Positions 6,202 to 14,777 of a stretch of DNA of 34,790 nt are shown here, in pieces. Position 1 is the stretch's first letter; each line of letters starts with the position of its first letter. Source of the stretch: a virus; UHGV virus genome UHGV-0385761, one strand, 5' to 3'. Below the pieces are notes generated by a model. That model was not told the origin of the DNA, ran no database searches, and saw only the letters and a program-made list of their open reading frames with translations. A program made the position numbers and the translations under genes.

Positions 6202-7632
6202 ATGAAAATTACGAAAATTAAGATCAAAAATCTTTATGGAATTACAGAATATGAAGGAGACGGAAAGAGTGTAGAGCTTTCCGGAACAAATGGAGCAGGC
6301 AAATCTTCCGTGATTGATGCGATTCGGTACGCACTTACAAATAAGTCAAATCGCAAGTATGTTGTGAGAAACGGAGAAACAGAGGGGGAAATTCTGATTG
6401 AAACAGATAACGGATTGAGAATCAATCGGAAGGCAAGAACGAATCAAGCGGATTACAAGAGCGTGAAGCAGAACGGTCATGAGGTGGGGAGTCCGGAAAC
6501 ATTTTTGAAAGATATTTTTACTCCACTGCAGCTGTCACCGGTTGAATTTATGGAGAAATCCGAAAAAGAGCAGAATGCAATTTTGCTTGATATGATCCAG
6601 TATGACTGGTCATTGCAGACAATTCGTGAATGGTTTGGTGAAATTCCAGATTGGGTATCTTACGATCAGAATATTTTACAAGTTTTGAATGATATACAGT
6701 CGGAAAACGGCATGTATTACAGGAATCGGCAGGATGTGAATAGAGATATTCGGAATAAAAAATCATTTGTTGAGGATATCGCAGATGCTATCCCGTCTGG
6801 ATACGATGCAGAAAAATGGGAAAATGAAAATCTTGGACAGCTGTATCAGGAAATCGAGCGCATCAGAAAAGAAAATGAACAGATTGAGAAAGCAAAGAGA
6901 TTTATTGAGCAGAGGGACAACAAAGTCCGATCATTTGAAGCGGATAAAGAGATTAAATTATCCGCATTGGAAAGGTCGTTTACTGCAGAGCGCGAACGCC
7001 TTTTGAAAGAAAATGAAAGGCTGCAGGCTCAGTTGAGAGAAAATCAAACAATGCTTGCTGGTATGGAAGAGAGAAAAGCGGACAAAGCAGAAGTGATCGT
7101 AAAAGAATATGAAGCGAATGTTGCGAAATATGACAGCTCTGTAGAAGAGTATAAAGAATTGTCAGAAAAAGAAGTACAGGATTATTCGGAATTGCAGAAT
7201 CAGGCATCTTATGCGGAAGAGATGAAATCCCACTTGAATGAATATCGTCGAATGGTTGATCTACAGAACGAAGTGGAGCGATTAAAAGCAGAATCCGAAG
7301 ATTTTACGCAGAAAATCGAAAAGGCACGGTCTCTTCCGGGAGAAATCTTAGAAACTGCAACTATTCCGATTTCCGGTCTTACAGTTGTAAACGGTGTTCC
7401 GCTGATTCACGGACTCCCAATCAGCAATCTATCAGACGGAGAAAAACTTGATCTGTGTATCGATGTGGCGATTCAGAAGCCGAATGGACTGCAGATCATC
7501 CTGATTGATGGAGTAGAGAAAATGTCTACAAAAATGCGGACAGAGCTGTATCAGAAGTGCAAAGATAAGGGATTACAGTTTATCGCAACAAGAACAACAG
7601 ATGAAGAAGATCTGACAGTGATTGAATTATAA
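6202..7632 (+). CDS. AAA/SMC-like ATPase (RecF/RecN/SbcC-type; Walker A GTNGAGKSS, LSDGEK signature, Walker B IILID)
   Basis: Motifs read directly. A long central coiled-coil. RBS AAAGGAGAAG. Confidence 0.85.
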   Translation: MKITKIKIKNLYGITEYEGDGKSVELSGTNGAGKSSVIDAIRYALTNKSNRKYVVRNGETEGEILIETDNGLRINRKARTNQADYKSVKQNGHEVGSPETFLKDIFTPLQLSPVEFMEKSEKEQNAILLDMIQYDWSLQTIREWFGEIPDWVSYDQNILQVLNDIQSENGMYYRNRQDVNRDIRNKKSFVEDIADAIPSGYDAEKWENENLGQLYQEIERIRKENEQIEKAKRFIEQRDNKVRSFEADKEIKLSALERSFTAERERLLKENERLQAQLRENQTMLAGMEERKADKAEVIVKEYEANVAKYDSSVEEYKELSEKEVQDYSELQNQASYAEEMKSHLNEYRRMVDLQNEVERLKAESEDFTQKIEKARSLPGEILETATIPISGLTVVNGVPLIHGLPISNLSDGEKLDLCIDVAIQKPNGLQIILIDGVEKMSTKMRTELYQKCKDKGLQFIATRTTDEEDLTVIEL

Positions 7633-7643
7633 GGAGAATCGAT

Positions 7644-8279
7644 ATGGAAGAAATGATTGTAAAAGAGGAAAAACACGAATTGAGTCCATTTGCGGACAGC
7701 CAGAGTTTTCAGAAAATTTTTGATATTGGAAAAATGTTTGCTACATCGCAGCTGGTGCCACAGAATTACCAAGGAAAACCAATGGATTGCACCATTGCAG
7801 TAGATATGGCGAATCGAATGGGCGTATCCCCTATGATGGTCATGCAGAATCTGTATGTTGTAAAAGGTAAGCCTACATGGAGTGGACAGGCTTGTATGAG
7901 TATGATCCGGGCAAGTGAAGAGTTTAAAAATGTCCGTCTGGTATATTCCGGAGAACCGAACACTGACGGCAGAGGATGCAGAGTTGAAGCGGAATACAAA
8001 AGTGATGGAACGAAAGCGATTGGAACTACAGTGACAATAGGAATGGCCAAAGAGATGAAATGGTATGACAAGCCGGGAAGCTTATGGAAAACCATGCCGG
8101 AGCAGATGCTCAGCTATAGAGCAGCGGCGTATTTTGCCAGATCCTATATTCCGAATGCTCTTATGGGAATGCACGTTGAGGGAGAACCGGAGGACATTTG
8201 TGAAAATGAGAGAGAAACTGTAGAAAACCCGTTTGATTTCGAAGCGGCAGTGCAAGAGGCACAGGAGGTATTTGAATGA
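7644..8279 (+). CDS. RecT-family single-strand annealing protein
   Basis: TSQLVPQNYQGKPMDCTIAVDMANRMGVSPMMVMQNLYVVKGKPTWS matches the conserved RecT core. RBS AAGGAGAA. Confidence 0.7.
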   Translation: MEEMIVKEEKHELSPFADSQSFQKIFDIGKMFATSQLVPQNYQGKPMDCTIAVDMANRMGVSPMMVMQNLYVVKGKPTWSGQACMSMIRASEEFKNVRLVYSGEPNTDGRGCRVEAEYKSDGTKAIGTTVTIGMAKEMKWYDKPGSLWKTMPEQMLSYRAAAYFARSYIPNALMGMHVEGEPEDICENERETVENPFDFEAAVQEAQEVFE

Positions 8280-9073
8280 TTTTAACACAGGAAAATTATT
8301 ACAGTAAAGAAGCGAATCAGGAGTATCTCAGTGTCTCGCAGTATAAGGATTTTTGCGGAACGATTGGGCGTGTTGGATGCGAGGAGCAGGCACTTGCAAA
8401 GCTGAATGGTGACTGGGAAATGGAGAAAACAACAGCTCTCCTGGTTGGTTCTTATGTGGATTCGCATTTCGAGGGAACGCTTGATTTATTTAAGGCTCAG
8501 AATCCTGAGATATTCACAAAAAAAGGCGAGTTAAAGGCAGAGTACCGAAAAGCAGAAGAAATCATAAACCGAATCGAAAGAGATCCTTTATTTATGATGT
8601 TTATGAGTGGAGAAAAGCAGAAGATCTTTACAGCTAATCTGTTTGGAGCGAAATGGAAAGTGAAGCTTGACAGCTATTTGCCCGGTAAATGCATCGTTGA
8701 TTTGAAAGTAATGAAATCCCTGAGAGAAGCGCATTACGCAAAAGACATGGGATTGATGGACTTTGTGAGATTTTGGGGCTATGACATACAAGCTGCCGTA
8801 TACCAAGAGGTAGTGAGGATCAATACAGGGGAACGATTGCCGTTTTATATCGCAGCAGCCAGCAAGGAGAAAGTTCCAGATATCGAGATTATCCAGATTC
8901 CGCAGGAATGGATGAATGATTGCTTGTCTGGAATGGAGATGAATGTATCAAAGATTCTCTCTCTGAAAAACGGAGAGATCGATCCAATCCGTTGTGAAGT
9001 TTGTGACTGGTGTAAGCACACCAAAATACTAAAAACGCCAATCTGGCCAGATAATTTGATAGGAGAAGTGTAG
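8276..9073 (+). CDS. PD-(D/E)XK nuclease (Cas4/RecB-like exonuclease partner of RecT)
   Basis: CIVDLKVMK (D..ExK) and GYDIQAAVYQ motifs. C-terminal Cys cluster CEVCDWC. ATGA start/stop overlap with the upstream gene. Confidence 0.75.
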   Translation: MILTQENYYSKEANQEYLSVSQYKDFCGTIGRVGCEEQALAKLNGDWEMEKTTALLVGSYVDSHFEGTLDLFKAQNPEIFTKKGELKAEYRKAEEIINRIERDPLFMMFMSGEKQKIFTANLFGAKWKVKLDSYLPGKCIVDLKVMKSLREAHYAKDMGLMDFVRFWGYDIQAAVYQEVVRINTGERLPFYIAAASKEKVPDIEIIQIPQEWMNDCLSGMEMNVSKILSLKNGEIDPIRCEVCDWCKHTKILKTPIWPDNLIGEV

Positions 9074-9352
9074 ATGAAAAAGTCAGACACGATAGTGACA
9101 GAATACGTTGAGTTCTGCTTGATCTGCGGAAAACCATACAACATCCATGGACATCATTTGATCTGTGGAAGAGGGAGAAGACAGAACGGAACAAAGGACA
9201 AGTTGATTCTTCCGGTGTGCAGTGATTGTCACGGGAAAATACACGAAAATAGTGTAAGCATGGCACTGTCTAAGATGGTAGGACAGGCAATCTATGAGCA
9301 GAACCATACACGAGAGGAATTTAGGGAACGATATGGACAATCATATTTTTGA
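9074..9352 (+). CDS. HNH endonuclease (small, zinc-binding)
   Basis: CLICGKP..HGHHLI...LILPVCSDCHGKIHEN. RBS GGAGAAGTG. Confidence 0.65.
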   Translation: MKKSDTIVTEYVEFCLICGKPYNIHGHHLICGRGRRQNGTKDKLILPVCSDCHGKIHENSVSMALSKMVGQAIYEQNHTREEFRERYGQSYF

Positions 9353-9737
9353 AATCAGAGGGAAATTTTACAAAGGACATTGTTTCCCGGGTCTGAATGA
9401 TTACATACATGAGATCGGGAAGAACCCGAAAGCAGGAAATCGAATGAAGCAACAGTATCAGATGATAGCCTGTAACGCCGTCAGGCTTGGTTTAAAGCGT
9501 TTTAAAACAGATAAGCCTATCATTCTACACTATACGTTTAAAGAGCCTAAAAAGGGCAATAAACGGGACAGAATGAATGTTTTCAGCTTTGCGGACAAGG
9601 TGATTGAAGACGCATTGCAGAAATGCGATGTGATTGTTAATGATGATCCGGCTCATGTCGTGAATACAACGCATGAGTTTGAGTATACAAGCGGAATCCC
9701 GTCGATCATTGTCCGAATTGAAGAGATAATGAGGTAG
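9333..9737 (+). CDS. RusA-family Holliday junction resolvase
   Basis: GLNDYIHEIGKNPKAGNRMKQQY and RDRMNVFSFADKVIEDALQKCDVIVNDDPAHVVN parallel the RusA motifs (NNRY...; D.DN...DAL...DD). The start is taken at MDNHIFEIRG; the upstream part of the track ORF lacks an RBS. Confidence 0.65.
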   Translation: MDNHIFEIRGKFYKGHCFPGLNDYIHEIGKNPKAGNRMKQQYQMIACNAVRLGLKRFKTDKPIILHYTFKEPKKGNKRDRMNVFSFADKVIEDALQKCDVIVNDDPAHVVNTTHEFEYTSGIPSIIVRIEEIMR

Positions 9738-9847
9738 AGAGCCTTGTTATAAATTGTAACCCGTTCATGTTCAGGTACGTCACACTACACTGAATACATA
9801 TCCCGGGAGAAATCCCGGGAGGAAAGGAGTGAAAGGCTCTAAGAACT

Positions 9848-10669
9848 ATGGCTAAAAAGTATTACTGGCTAAAACTGAAAAACAACTTTTTTAGTCAGCC
9901 GAAAATAAAAAAACTCAGAAAAATAGCCGGCGGGGATACTTACACGATCATATATCTGAAAATGCAGCTTTACAGTTTGGAAGATGATGGGAAGTTATAT
10001 TTTGACGGCATCGAAGAGAATTTTGTAGAAGAAATGGCGCTGAAGATAGATGAAGACCCGGAAAATGTAGGCGTTACAATTCAATTTTTGCTTGCGCAAG
10101 GACTTATGATTTTATGTGATGATAATGAGTATTTAATGACGGAAACGCAAGAATCAATAGGGTCAGAAAGTGACTCAGCGCAACGAGTTAGAGCGCATCG
10201 TGAGCGAAAAGCGTTACATTGTAACGATACAGTAACATTGTGTAACACAGAGAAAGAGATAGAGATAGAGAAAGAGATAGAGATAGAGAAAGAGAATAGA
10301 GATAGAGTAAAGAGAAAAGAGAAAGAAAAAGAGATAGAAGAGTTATTTGAGCGATTATGGAAAAAATATCCGGAGAAAAAAGGGAAAGGGCAGGTAAGTA
10401 AAAAGAGCAAGGAAAGGCTACTTGATATTGGCTACGAGCAATTCGAAAGAGCGATAAAACGCTATAAAGAAGATCTGAAAGAAAATGAATGGAGAAAACC
10501 ACAATACGGCAGCACCTTTTTTAACACCGGATATGAAGATTATCTCGACAAAAATTATCAGCCACCAGAGAGGACGGCAAAACCGCCGGTAAGTAGAAAC
10601 CTAAACAACTTTGAGCGCAGAGGATACGACATGGACTCTCTGGAAGAACAGCTGTTGAATTCGAATTAA
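9848..10669 (+). CDS. Phage replisome organizer (Phage_rep_org_N family) with internal origin iterons
   Basis: N-terminal YYWLKLKNNFFSQPKIKKL..GGDTYTIIYLKMQLYSL. The central EKEIEIEKEIEIEKE tract is encoded by the 18-bp DNA iterons. Confidence 0.85.
   Translation: MAKKYYWLKLKNNFFSQPKIKKLRKIAGGDTYTIIYLKMQLYSLEDDGKLYFDGIEENFVEEMALKIDEDPENVGVTIQFLLAQGLMILCDDNEYLMTETQESIGSESDSAQRVRAHRERKALHCNDTVTLCNTEKEIEIEKEIEIEKENRDRVKRKEKEKEIEELFERLWKKYPEKKGKGQVSKKSKERLLDIGYEQFERAIKRYKEDLKENEWRKPQYGSTFFNTGYEDYLDKNYQPPERTAKPPVSRNLNNFERRGYDMDSLEEQLLNSN
10250..10341. repeat. Origin-like iterons: GAGAAAGAGATAGAGATA in 2 perfect, 1 near-perfect and several degenerate copies, preceded by the GTTACATTGTAAC palindrome and phased GTAAC repeats (10213-10246)
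   Basis: Direct 18-bp tandem repeats read from the sequence, embedded in the replisome-organizer ORF as in lactococcal and streptococcal phages. Confidence 0.6.
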
Positions 10670-10678
10670 GGAGGAACT

Positions 10679-10753
10679 ATGGAACCAAAGAAAGTGATAA
10701 TAAATTATGCTCTGCTCTGCAAGGAATCGCAGAATCATGCAAGAGAATTTTGA
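10679..10753 (+). CDS. Possible 24-aa leader or mini-ORF (MEPKKVIINYALLCKESQNHAREF)
   Basis: Strong RBS AGGAGGA immediately upstream. It overlaps the start of the next ORF in another frame. Confidence 0.25.
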   Translation: MEPKKVIINYALLCKESQNHAREF

Positions 10754-11039
10754 GAAGATCTGGAACAAGCTGAACACCAACACTATCCAGCTGGAAAAGA
10801 TTAAGGACAAGGTTAACGAGGTATCTAAGACTGATTATGACAAGGCAGTGGAATGGTTAAGAGACAAAATGGAAGGTGGTCGCTATGACGGGGCGAAGCT
10901 GCTCATGGAGTCAGAAGCGGCAGGAATCAAACGGTCCGACATTATGAAAGCAAAGGCAGAGCTTGGAGTGAGAATCCAGACTACCGGATACGGAAAGAAT
11001 GTGAAAGCATGGTGGAGTTTAAAGGGTGAACAGGAATGA
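10707..11039 (+). CDS. Hypothetical protein (an alternative start at 10737 is possible)
   Basis: Long ORF with weak RBS candidates. No recognisable family. Confidence 0.5.
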   Translation: MLCSARNRRIMQENFEKIWNKLNTNTIQLEKIKDKVNEVSKTDYDKAVEWLRDKMEGGRYDGAKLLMESEAAGIKRSDIMKAKAELGVRIQTTGYGKNVKAWWSLKGEQE

Positions 11040-11145
11040 ACATGAAAAGATATGGGTTTAAGATTTGCAAGAAAAGACACGGAAACATGGATTTTTACAC
11101 AAAAGTTAGCTCCAAGCGCAAGAGAAAGAAGAGGGTGAGAGGAAA

Positions 11146-11445
11146 ATGAGTAGACCAGCACATTTTTTGGACAAGTACCGATTCCAGATTGAAGAAATGG
11201 TGAAACTTAGATGCACAGACGATCACATCCACAGGGTCTTGCACGACATCCAAAAGGACGTGCAGTTTTCCAAAGAAATTCTTGTTCGCTACATGGATGA
11301 GACTGGGATCAGGAAACGCAGAGTGGTAAAAGGATGGACGCAGGAACAGGTATTTGAATGGGAGGAATACTGCGAAAATCTAAGAGGAAACGAGAGAATC
11401 AAAGGAATGTTGATCGTTCCGGGAGACAAGAAGAAAGAAAAATAG
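11146..11445 (+). CDS. Hypothetical protein (99 aa)
   Basis: RBS GAGAGGAAA precedes ATG 11146. Confidence 0.6.
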   Translation: MSRPAHFLDKYRFQIEEMVKLRCTDDHIHRVLHDIQKDVQFSKEILVRYMDETGIRKRRVVKGWTQEQVFEWEEYCENLRGNERIKGMLIVPGDKKKEK

Positions 11446-11495
11446 AAAGGAGCCAGCCTCCGGCCGGGGCAAGGGTATACCGGGCTTCTGATAAA

Positions 11496-12857
11496 ATGGA
11501 AAATTTGATTATAGATTGCTTCGCCGGAGGAGGTGGAGCGAGCGTAGGAATAGAAATGGCACTTGGAAGACAAGTAGATATTGCAATCAATCACGATCAG
11601 GATGCAATTTTGATGCACAAGACAAACCATCCGAAAACATTGCATCTCACAGAAGATATCTTCAAGGTGGATTTGAAGAAATATGTGAAAGGAAAGCGAG
11701 TTGCTTTAATGTGGGCGAGTCCTGATTGTACCAGCCACAGTAAGGCGAAAGGTGGGAAGCCGAGGGAAAAAGGGCTTCGGATTTTGCCTTGGGCGGTATA
11801 CAAGCACGCAAAAGCAATCCTCCCCGATGTGATTATCATGGAAAACGTGGAAGAGATTCAGCAGTGGGGGCCTCTGGATGAAAACGGGCATCCGATTAAG
11901 GAACGGCGTGGGGAAGATTATAAGAAGTTCATTACGGCTATGAAAAGTCTTGGATATATTTTTGACTGCAGAGAGCTTATTGCGGCAGACTATGGGGCAC
12001 CAACTACAAGAAAGCGCTGGTATGCAATATTTCGAAGAGATGGAAAAGACATCGTGTGGCCAGAAAAGACGAATTTTAAATCCAGAGATCCGAAATGGCA
12101 GGAATGCGGGGCATATATCGATTGGTCTGATTTAGGGAAAACGATATTTGATAGACCAAAACCGTTGGCAGATGCAACGATGAAAAGGATTGCAAATGGA
12201 ATCAGAAAATATGTAATAGACAATCCATCTCCCTATATCGTGAGAAGTAAAGATGCTGTTGCATTTATGATTCAATATCACGGAGAAACAAAAATTGGAG
12301 AATCAAGAGGACAGTTGCTGACAGAACCAATTAAAACAATCGACACGTCAAATAGGTACGGGCTGGTGACAGCTTTTATTACAAAATTTTATAAGAGTGG
12401 AATCGGACAGGGATGCAACGAACCTTTACACACAATCACAACATCACCTGGACATTTTGGATTGATATCTGCGTTTTTAATTAAGTATTACGGAACTGGC
12501 GGAGGGCAAGAACTTTCAAATCCGCTTGCAACGATTACTACAAAAGATCGTTTCGGACTGGTAAATGTGATTCTGGATATCGAAGGCGAAAAGTATGCCA
12601 TGAAGGATATTTTCCTGAGAATGTTAAAACCGGAAGAACTTAAATTAATGCAGGGATTTCCGGAGGATTACATTATTGACAGGGATTACAAATACAGGAG
12701 ATATCCGATCGCAAAACAAGTGGCTAGAATCGGAAACAGTGTAGTGCCAATCATGGCACAGAAACTGGTAGAAGCAAACTGCCCGTATTTAAAAATCGGG
12801 AATAGGGTGCCGAACATAGAAATATACGAGGACGAGCAGCAAATTAGGTTTGCGTAG
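11496..12857 (+). CDS. Orphan DNA (cytosine-5)-methyltransferase
   Basis: Motif I FAGGGG, motif IV variant SPDCTSHS, motif VI ENV (IIMENVEE), QGFPEDY, and motif X GNSVVP. No restriction-endonuclease partner nearby. The N-terminal extension at 11358 is rejected because it overlaps the upstream ORF. Confidence 0.9.
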   Translation: MENLIIDCFAGGGGASVGIEMALGRQVDIAINHDQDAILMHKTNHPKTLHLTEDIFKVDLKKYVKGKRVALMWASPDCTSHSKAKGGKPREKGLRILPWAVYKHAKAILPDVIIMENVEEIQQWGPLDENGHPIKERRGEDYKKFITAMKSLGYIFDCRELIAADYGAPTTRKRWYAIFRRDGKDIVWPEKTNFKSRDPKWQECGAYIDWSDLGKTIFDRPKPLADATMKRIANGIRKYVIDNPSPYIVRSKDAVAFMIQYHGETKIGESRGQLLTEPIKTIDTSNRYGLVTAFITKFYKSGIGQGCNEPLHTITTSPGHFGLISAFLIKYYGTGGGQELSNPLATITTKDRFGLVNVILDIEGEKYAMKDIFLRMLKPEELKLMQGFPEDYIIDRDYKYRRYPIAKQVARIGNSVVPIMAQKLVEANCPYLKIGNRVPNIEIYEDEQQIRFA

Positions 12858-12872
12858 TAGGAGGAATGACTA

Positions 12873-13253
12873 ATGCCAAAAACAGAAGAAACATGGATGG
12901 ACGGGATCACCTCAGAAATGATGGAGCATATATGCGACAACCTGTGCAAGCATCCAGATCAGTTAAGCGGTGAAGCACTGGAAGATAAATGTGCAGAGTG
13001 CAAGATGGGGCGGTTTGTGTGCGATATCTTGAATCACCATAACAAGGTGGTTGATGCTGGAAATGCACAGTGCGCGAAACTGATGTGCGAGATACGTTAT
13101 CTGAAAGAGCGTGATACGGCGAAGAGGCCTATCGCATACAGTGGAACTAATAGAGCAGATTGTCCAATATGCGGGGCAACAGTAAGGGGAATTGGTAAAC
13201 CATTTGGAGAGTTTTGTGGAAAATGTGGCCAGAGATTGGACTGGGGTGAATAG
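12873..13253 (+). CDS. Cys-rich hypothetical protein with C-terminal zinc ribbon
   Basis: RBS AGGAGGAA. Several CxxC pairs (CPICG...CGKCG). Confidence 0.6.
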   Translation: MPKTEETWMDGITSEMMEHICDNLCKHPDQLSGEALEDKCAECKMGRFVCDILNHHNKVVDAGNAQCAKLMCEIRYLKERDTAKRPIAYSGTNRADCPICGATVRGIGKPFGEFCGKCGQRLDWGE

Positions 13254-13254
13254 C

Positions 13255-13434
13255 ATGGAAGAATTAAAGAAATGCCCGTTTTGTGGCGGAGAAGCAATGC
13301 TGAAAATCAATTACGGATTTGATGAAAAGGTTATTTCGTCTTTTGTGTACTGCGAAGAATGCGGAGTCGCAACGCGAAGATGTGCTTTAGAAACAACTGC
13401 TATAGGGAAATGGAACAGGAGGGTGGAAGAATGA
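13255..13434 (+). CDS. Lar-family restriction alleviation protein (zinc ribbon)
   Basis: ELKKCPFCGGEAMLK....VYCEECGVATRRCALETTAIGKWNRRV matches the Lar_restr_allev pattern (CPFCGG ... C..CG ... WNRR). Confidence 0.7.
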   Translation: MEELKKCPFCGGEAMLKINYGFDEKVISSFVYCEECGVATRRCALETTAIGKWNRRVEE

Positions 13435-13586
13435 TTAAAGTAAAAGCGGAGGCAAATTATGGTTTTGCTGGAACAAATATGACATTTGAAGAAGAGTTTG
13501 GTGATGATGTAACTGATGAGGAAATCGAAGAAGCTATGAGAGATATGGTTATGGAACAGGTTAATTGGTCATGGGAGCGGGTTTAA
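13431..13586 (+). CDS. Hypothetical acidic 51-aa protein
   Basis: RBS GGAGGGTGGAAGA. ATGA overlap with the Lar stop. Confidence 0.45.
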   Translation: MIKVKAEANYGFAGTNMTFEEEFGDDVTDEEIEEAMRDMVMEQVNWSWERV

Positions 13587-13588
13587 TT

Positions 13589-13963
13589 ATGAATAGAGAA
13601 ATCCTTTTTAAAGCGAAGAGAATAGATAATGGTGAATGGGTGGAAGGGGATTTAGAGCGTACGAAATATGATGATGTAATCTGGATTGTAGATGTGCGTG
13701 GAGAAAAGTGTTATAGATGCGATTCAGACACCATATGCCAGTACATCGGACTTACCGACAAGAACGACAAGAAAATCTGGGAGAATGATATTGTAGAACT
13801 TCCAGATGAAGAAGGTTATTTTACATGTGAATGGGAAGAAGACGCCGCAAGATTTGTTATGAATGGGGATGGATTAACTGTTAATTTTGATAACTATTGG
13901 AGTTACCAGACGGAAGTGGCAGGAAACATTTTTGACAATCCAGAGCTGTTGGAGGTGGAGTGA
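13589..13963 (+). CDS. YopX-family protein
   Basis: N-terminal ILFKAKRIDNGEWVEG and the typical C-terminus GNIFDNPELLEVE. Confidence 0.7.
   Translation: MNREILFKAKRIDNGEWVEGDLERTKYDDVIWIVDVRGEKCYRCDSDTICQYIGLTDKNDKKIWENDIVELPDEEGYFTCEWEEDAARFVMNGDGLTVNFDNYWSYQTEVAGNIFDNPELLEVE
13947..13963 (+). repeat. Junction motif TGTTGGAGGTGGAGTGA, copy 1 (also at 14226-14242 and 14378-14394)
   Basis: A 17-nt sequence repeated three times. Each copy encodes the C-terminal LLEVE* of the upstream ORF and the RBS plus start of the next. Confidence 0.7.
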
Positions 13964-13968
13964 ATAAC

Positions 13969-14178
13969 ATGGGAGAATTAAAGAAATGCCCATTTTGCGA
14001 TTCCGACAGAGGATATTATATGCTGGAAAGAGTACATAGAGCTTTATTGTTTAATTTTGACGGTGAACCGATCGGAGGAACAGAAGATATGACAGACTAT
14101 GCGGGGCGTAGAAAACAATGTATCAACTGTCATAAGATACTCCCCAAAAAAATGTTTGAGGAAGTGATGGAAAAGTAA
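13969..14178 (+). CDS. Second Lar-like zinc-ribbon protein
   Basis: MGELKKCPFCDS...CINCHK. RBS GGAGGTGGAG. Confidence 0.6.
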   Translation: MGELKKCPFCDSDRGYYMLERVHRALLFNFDGEPIGGTEDMTDYAGRRKQCINCHKILPKKMFEEVMEK

Positions 14179-14225
14179 ATTATTATTCCAAATTTCAGAA
14201 GAGCATTTGGAAAAATATTTTGAAC

Positions 14226-14242
14226 TGTTGGAGGTGGAGTGA
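14226..14242 (+). repeat. Junction motif copy 2, preceded by a start-less ORF remnant encoding ...EHLEKYFELLEVE*
   Basis: The frame ending at TGA 14240-14242 has no initiator codon back to the stop at 14165-14167, so it is a remnant of a deleted YopX-like C-terminus. Confidence 0.6.
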
Positions 14243-14394
14243 TGAAAAAATATGATATTTTAATTGCAAAATTGTATGCGTGCTGTGGAAATCAGGAAGA
14301 GTTTCCGCGTGAGCCGATTACCGTTGATACTAATAAAATGAGTGAGTTATTAGAAGGTGTATTTATAGAAGCGGGATTGTTGGAGGTAGAGTGA
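14242..14394 (+). CDS. Hypothetical 50-aa protein ending GLLEVE
   Basis: The start overlaps junction motif copy 2. The C-terminus mimics the YopX ending. Confidence 0.4.
   Translation: MKKYDILIAKLYACCGNQEEFPREPITVDTNKMSELLEGVFIEAGLLEVE
14378..14394 (+). repeat. Junction motif copy 3 (TGTTGGAGGTAGAGTGA)
   Basis: One mismatch. It has the same stop/start architecture (TGATG). Confidence 0.65.
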
Positions 14395-14585
14395 TGAAAA
14401 TAATGATAACTATATTGCGCAAAAATGGAGAATGCAGAACTTGGACAAATGCAAGTGCGGAAGAACACTTAGTAATGAGTCTTACAGCTTACGCGGAAGG
14501 TGTAAAAAGATGTGCGGAATCATGGGGAAAAGAAACGGAAGAAGTGGAAAGAGTGCTGAAAGAAGCGCTGGAAAGCGAGAGATAA
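14394..14585 (+). CDS. Hypothetical 63-aa protein
   Basis: TGATG stop/start coupling at junction motif copy 3. Confidence 0.5.
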   Translation: MKIMITILRKNGECRTWTNASAEEHLVMSLTAYAEGVKRCAESWGKETEEVERVLKEALESER

Positions 14586-14588
14586 AGT

Positions 14589-14777
14589 ATGAACGAATTA
14601 GAGAAAATCGTGGAAGAAATCGAATCCATGAAAAATGACGCCTACGAAACCTTGAAAGAAGAAAGAAAAAGACACGGAGCCAGTAAAACAGCAGAAGAAC
14701 TGGAAAGCTATATTTATGGGATGACCCGTGCAATAGATGTCGTAGAGAAATATGCAGATAAGGAGAATGTGGAATGA
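14589..14777 (+). CDS. Hypothetical 62-aa protein (N-terminus paralogous to the next ORF)
   Basis: MNELEKIVEEIE here versus MNVLEKILEEIEE in the 14774 ORF. Confidence 0.5.
   Translation: MNELEKIVEEIESMKNDAYETLKEERKRHGASKTAEELESYIYGMTRAIDVVEKYADKENVE

Noticed and set aside
10250-10341. Possible CRISPR array (short direct repeats)
   Set aside because: The period is 18 bp with no unique spacers. The repeats lie inside a coding frame encoding an EKEIEIEK linker, so they are origin iterons, not CRISPR.
11358-11495. Upstream extension of the methyltransferase ORF
   Set aside because: It overlaps the preceding gene by about 90 nt, and the conserved motif I begins right after the internal Met at 11496.
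11446-11495. GC-rich CCGGCCGG-containing segment before the methyltransferase gene as a hairpin or terminator
   Set aside because: The stem has no loop and no T-run. It is more likely just the 3' end and spacer of the upstream ORF.
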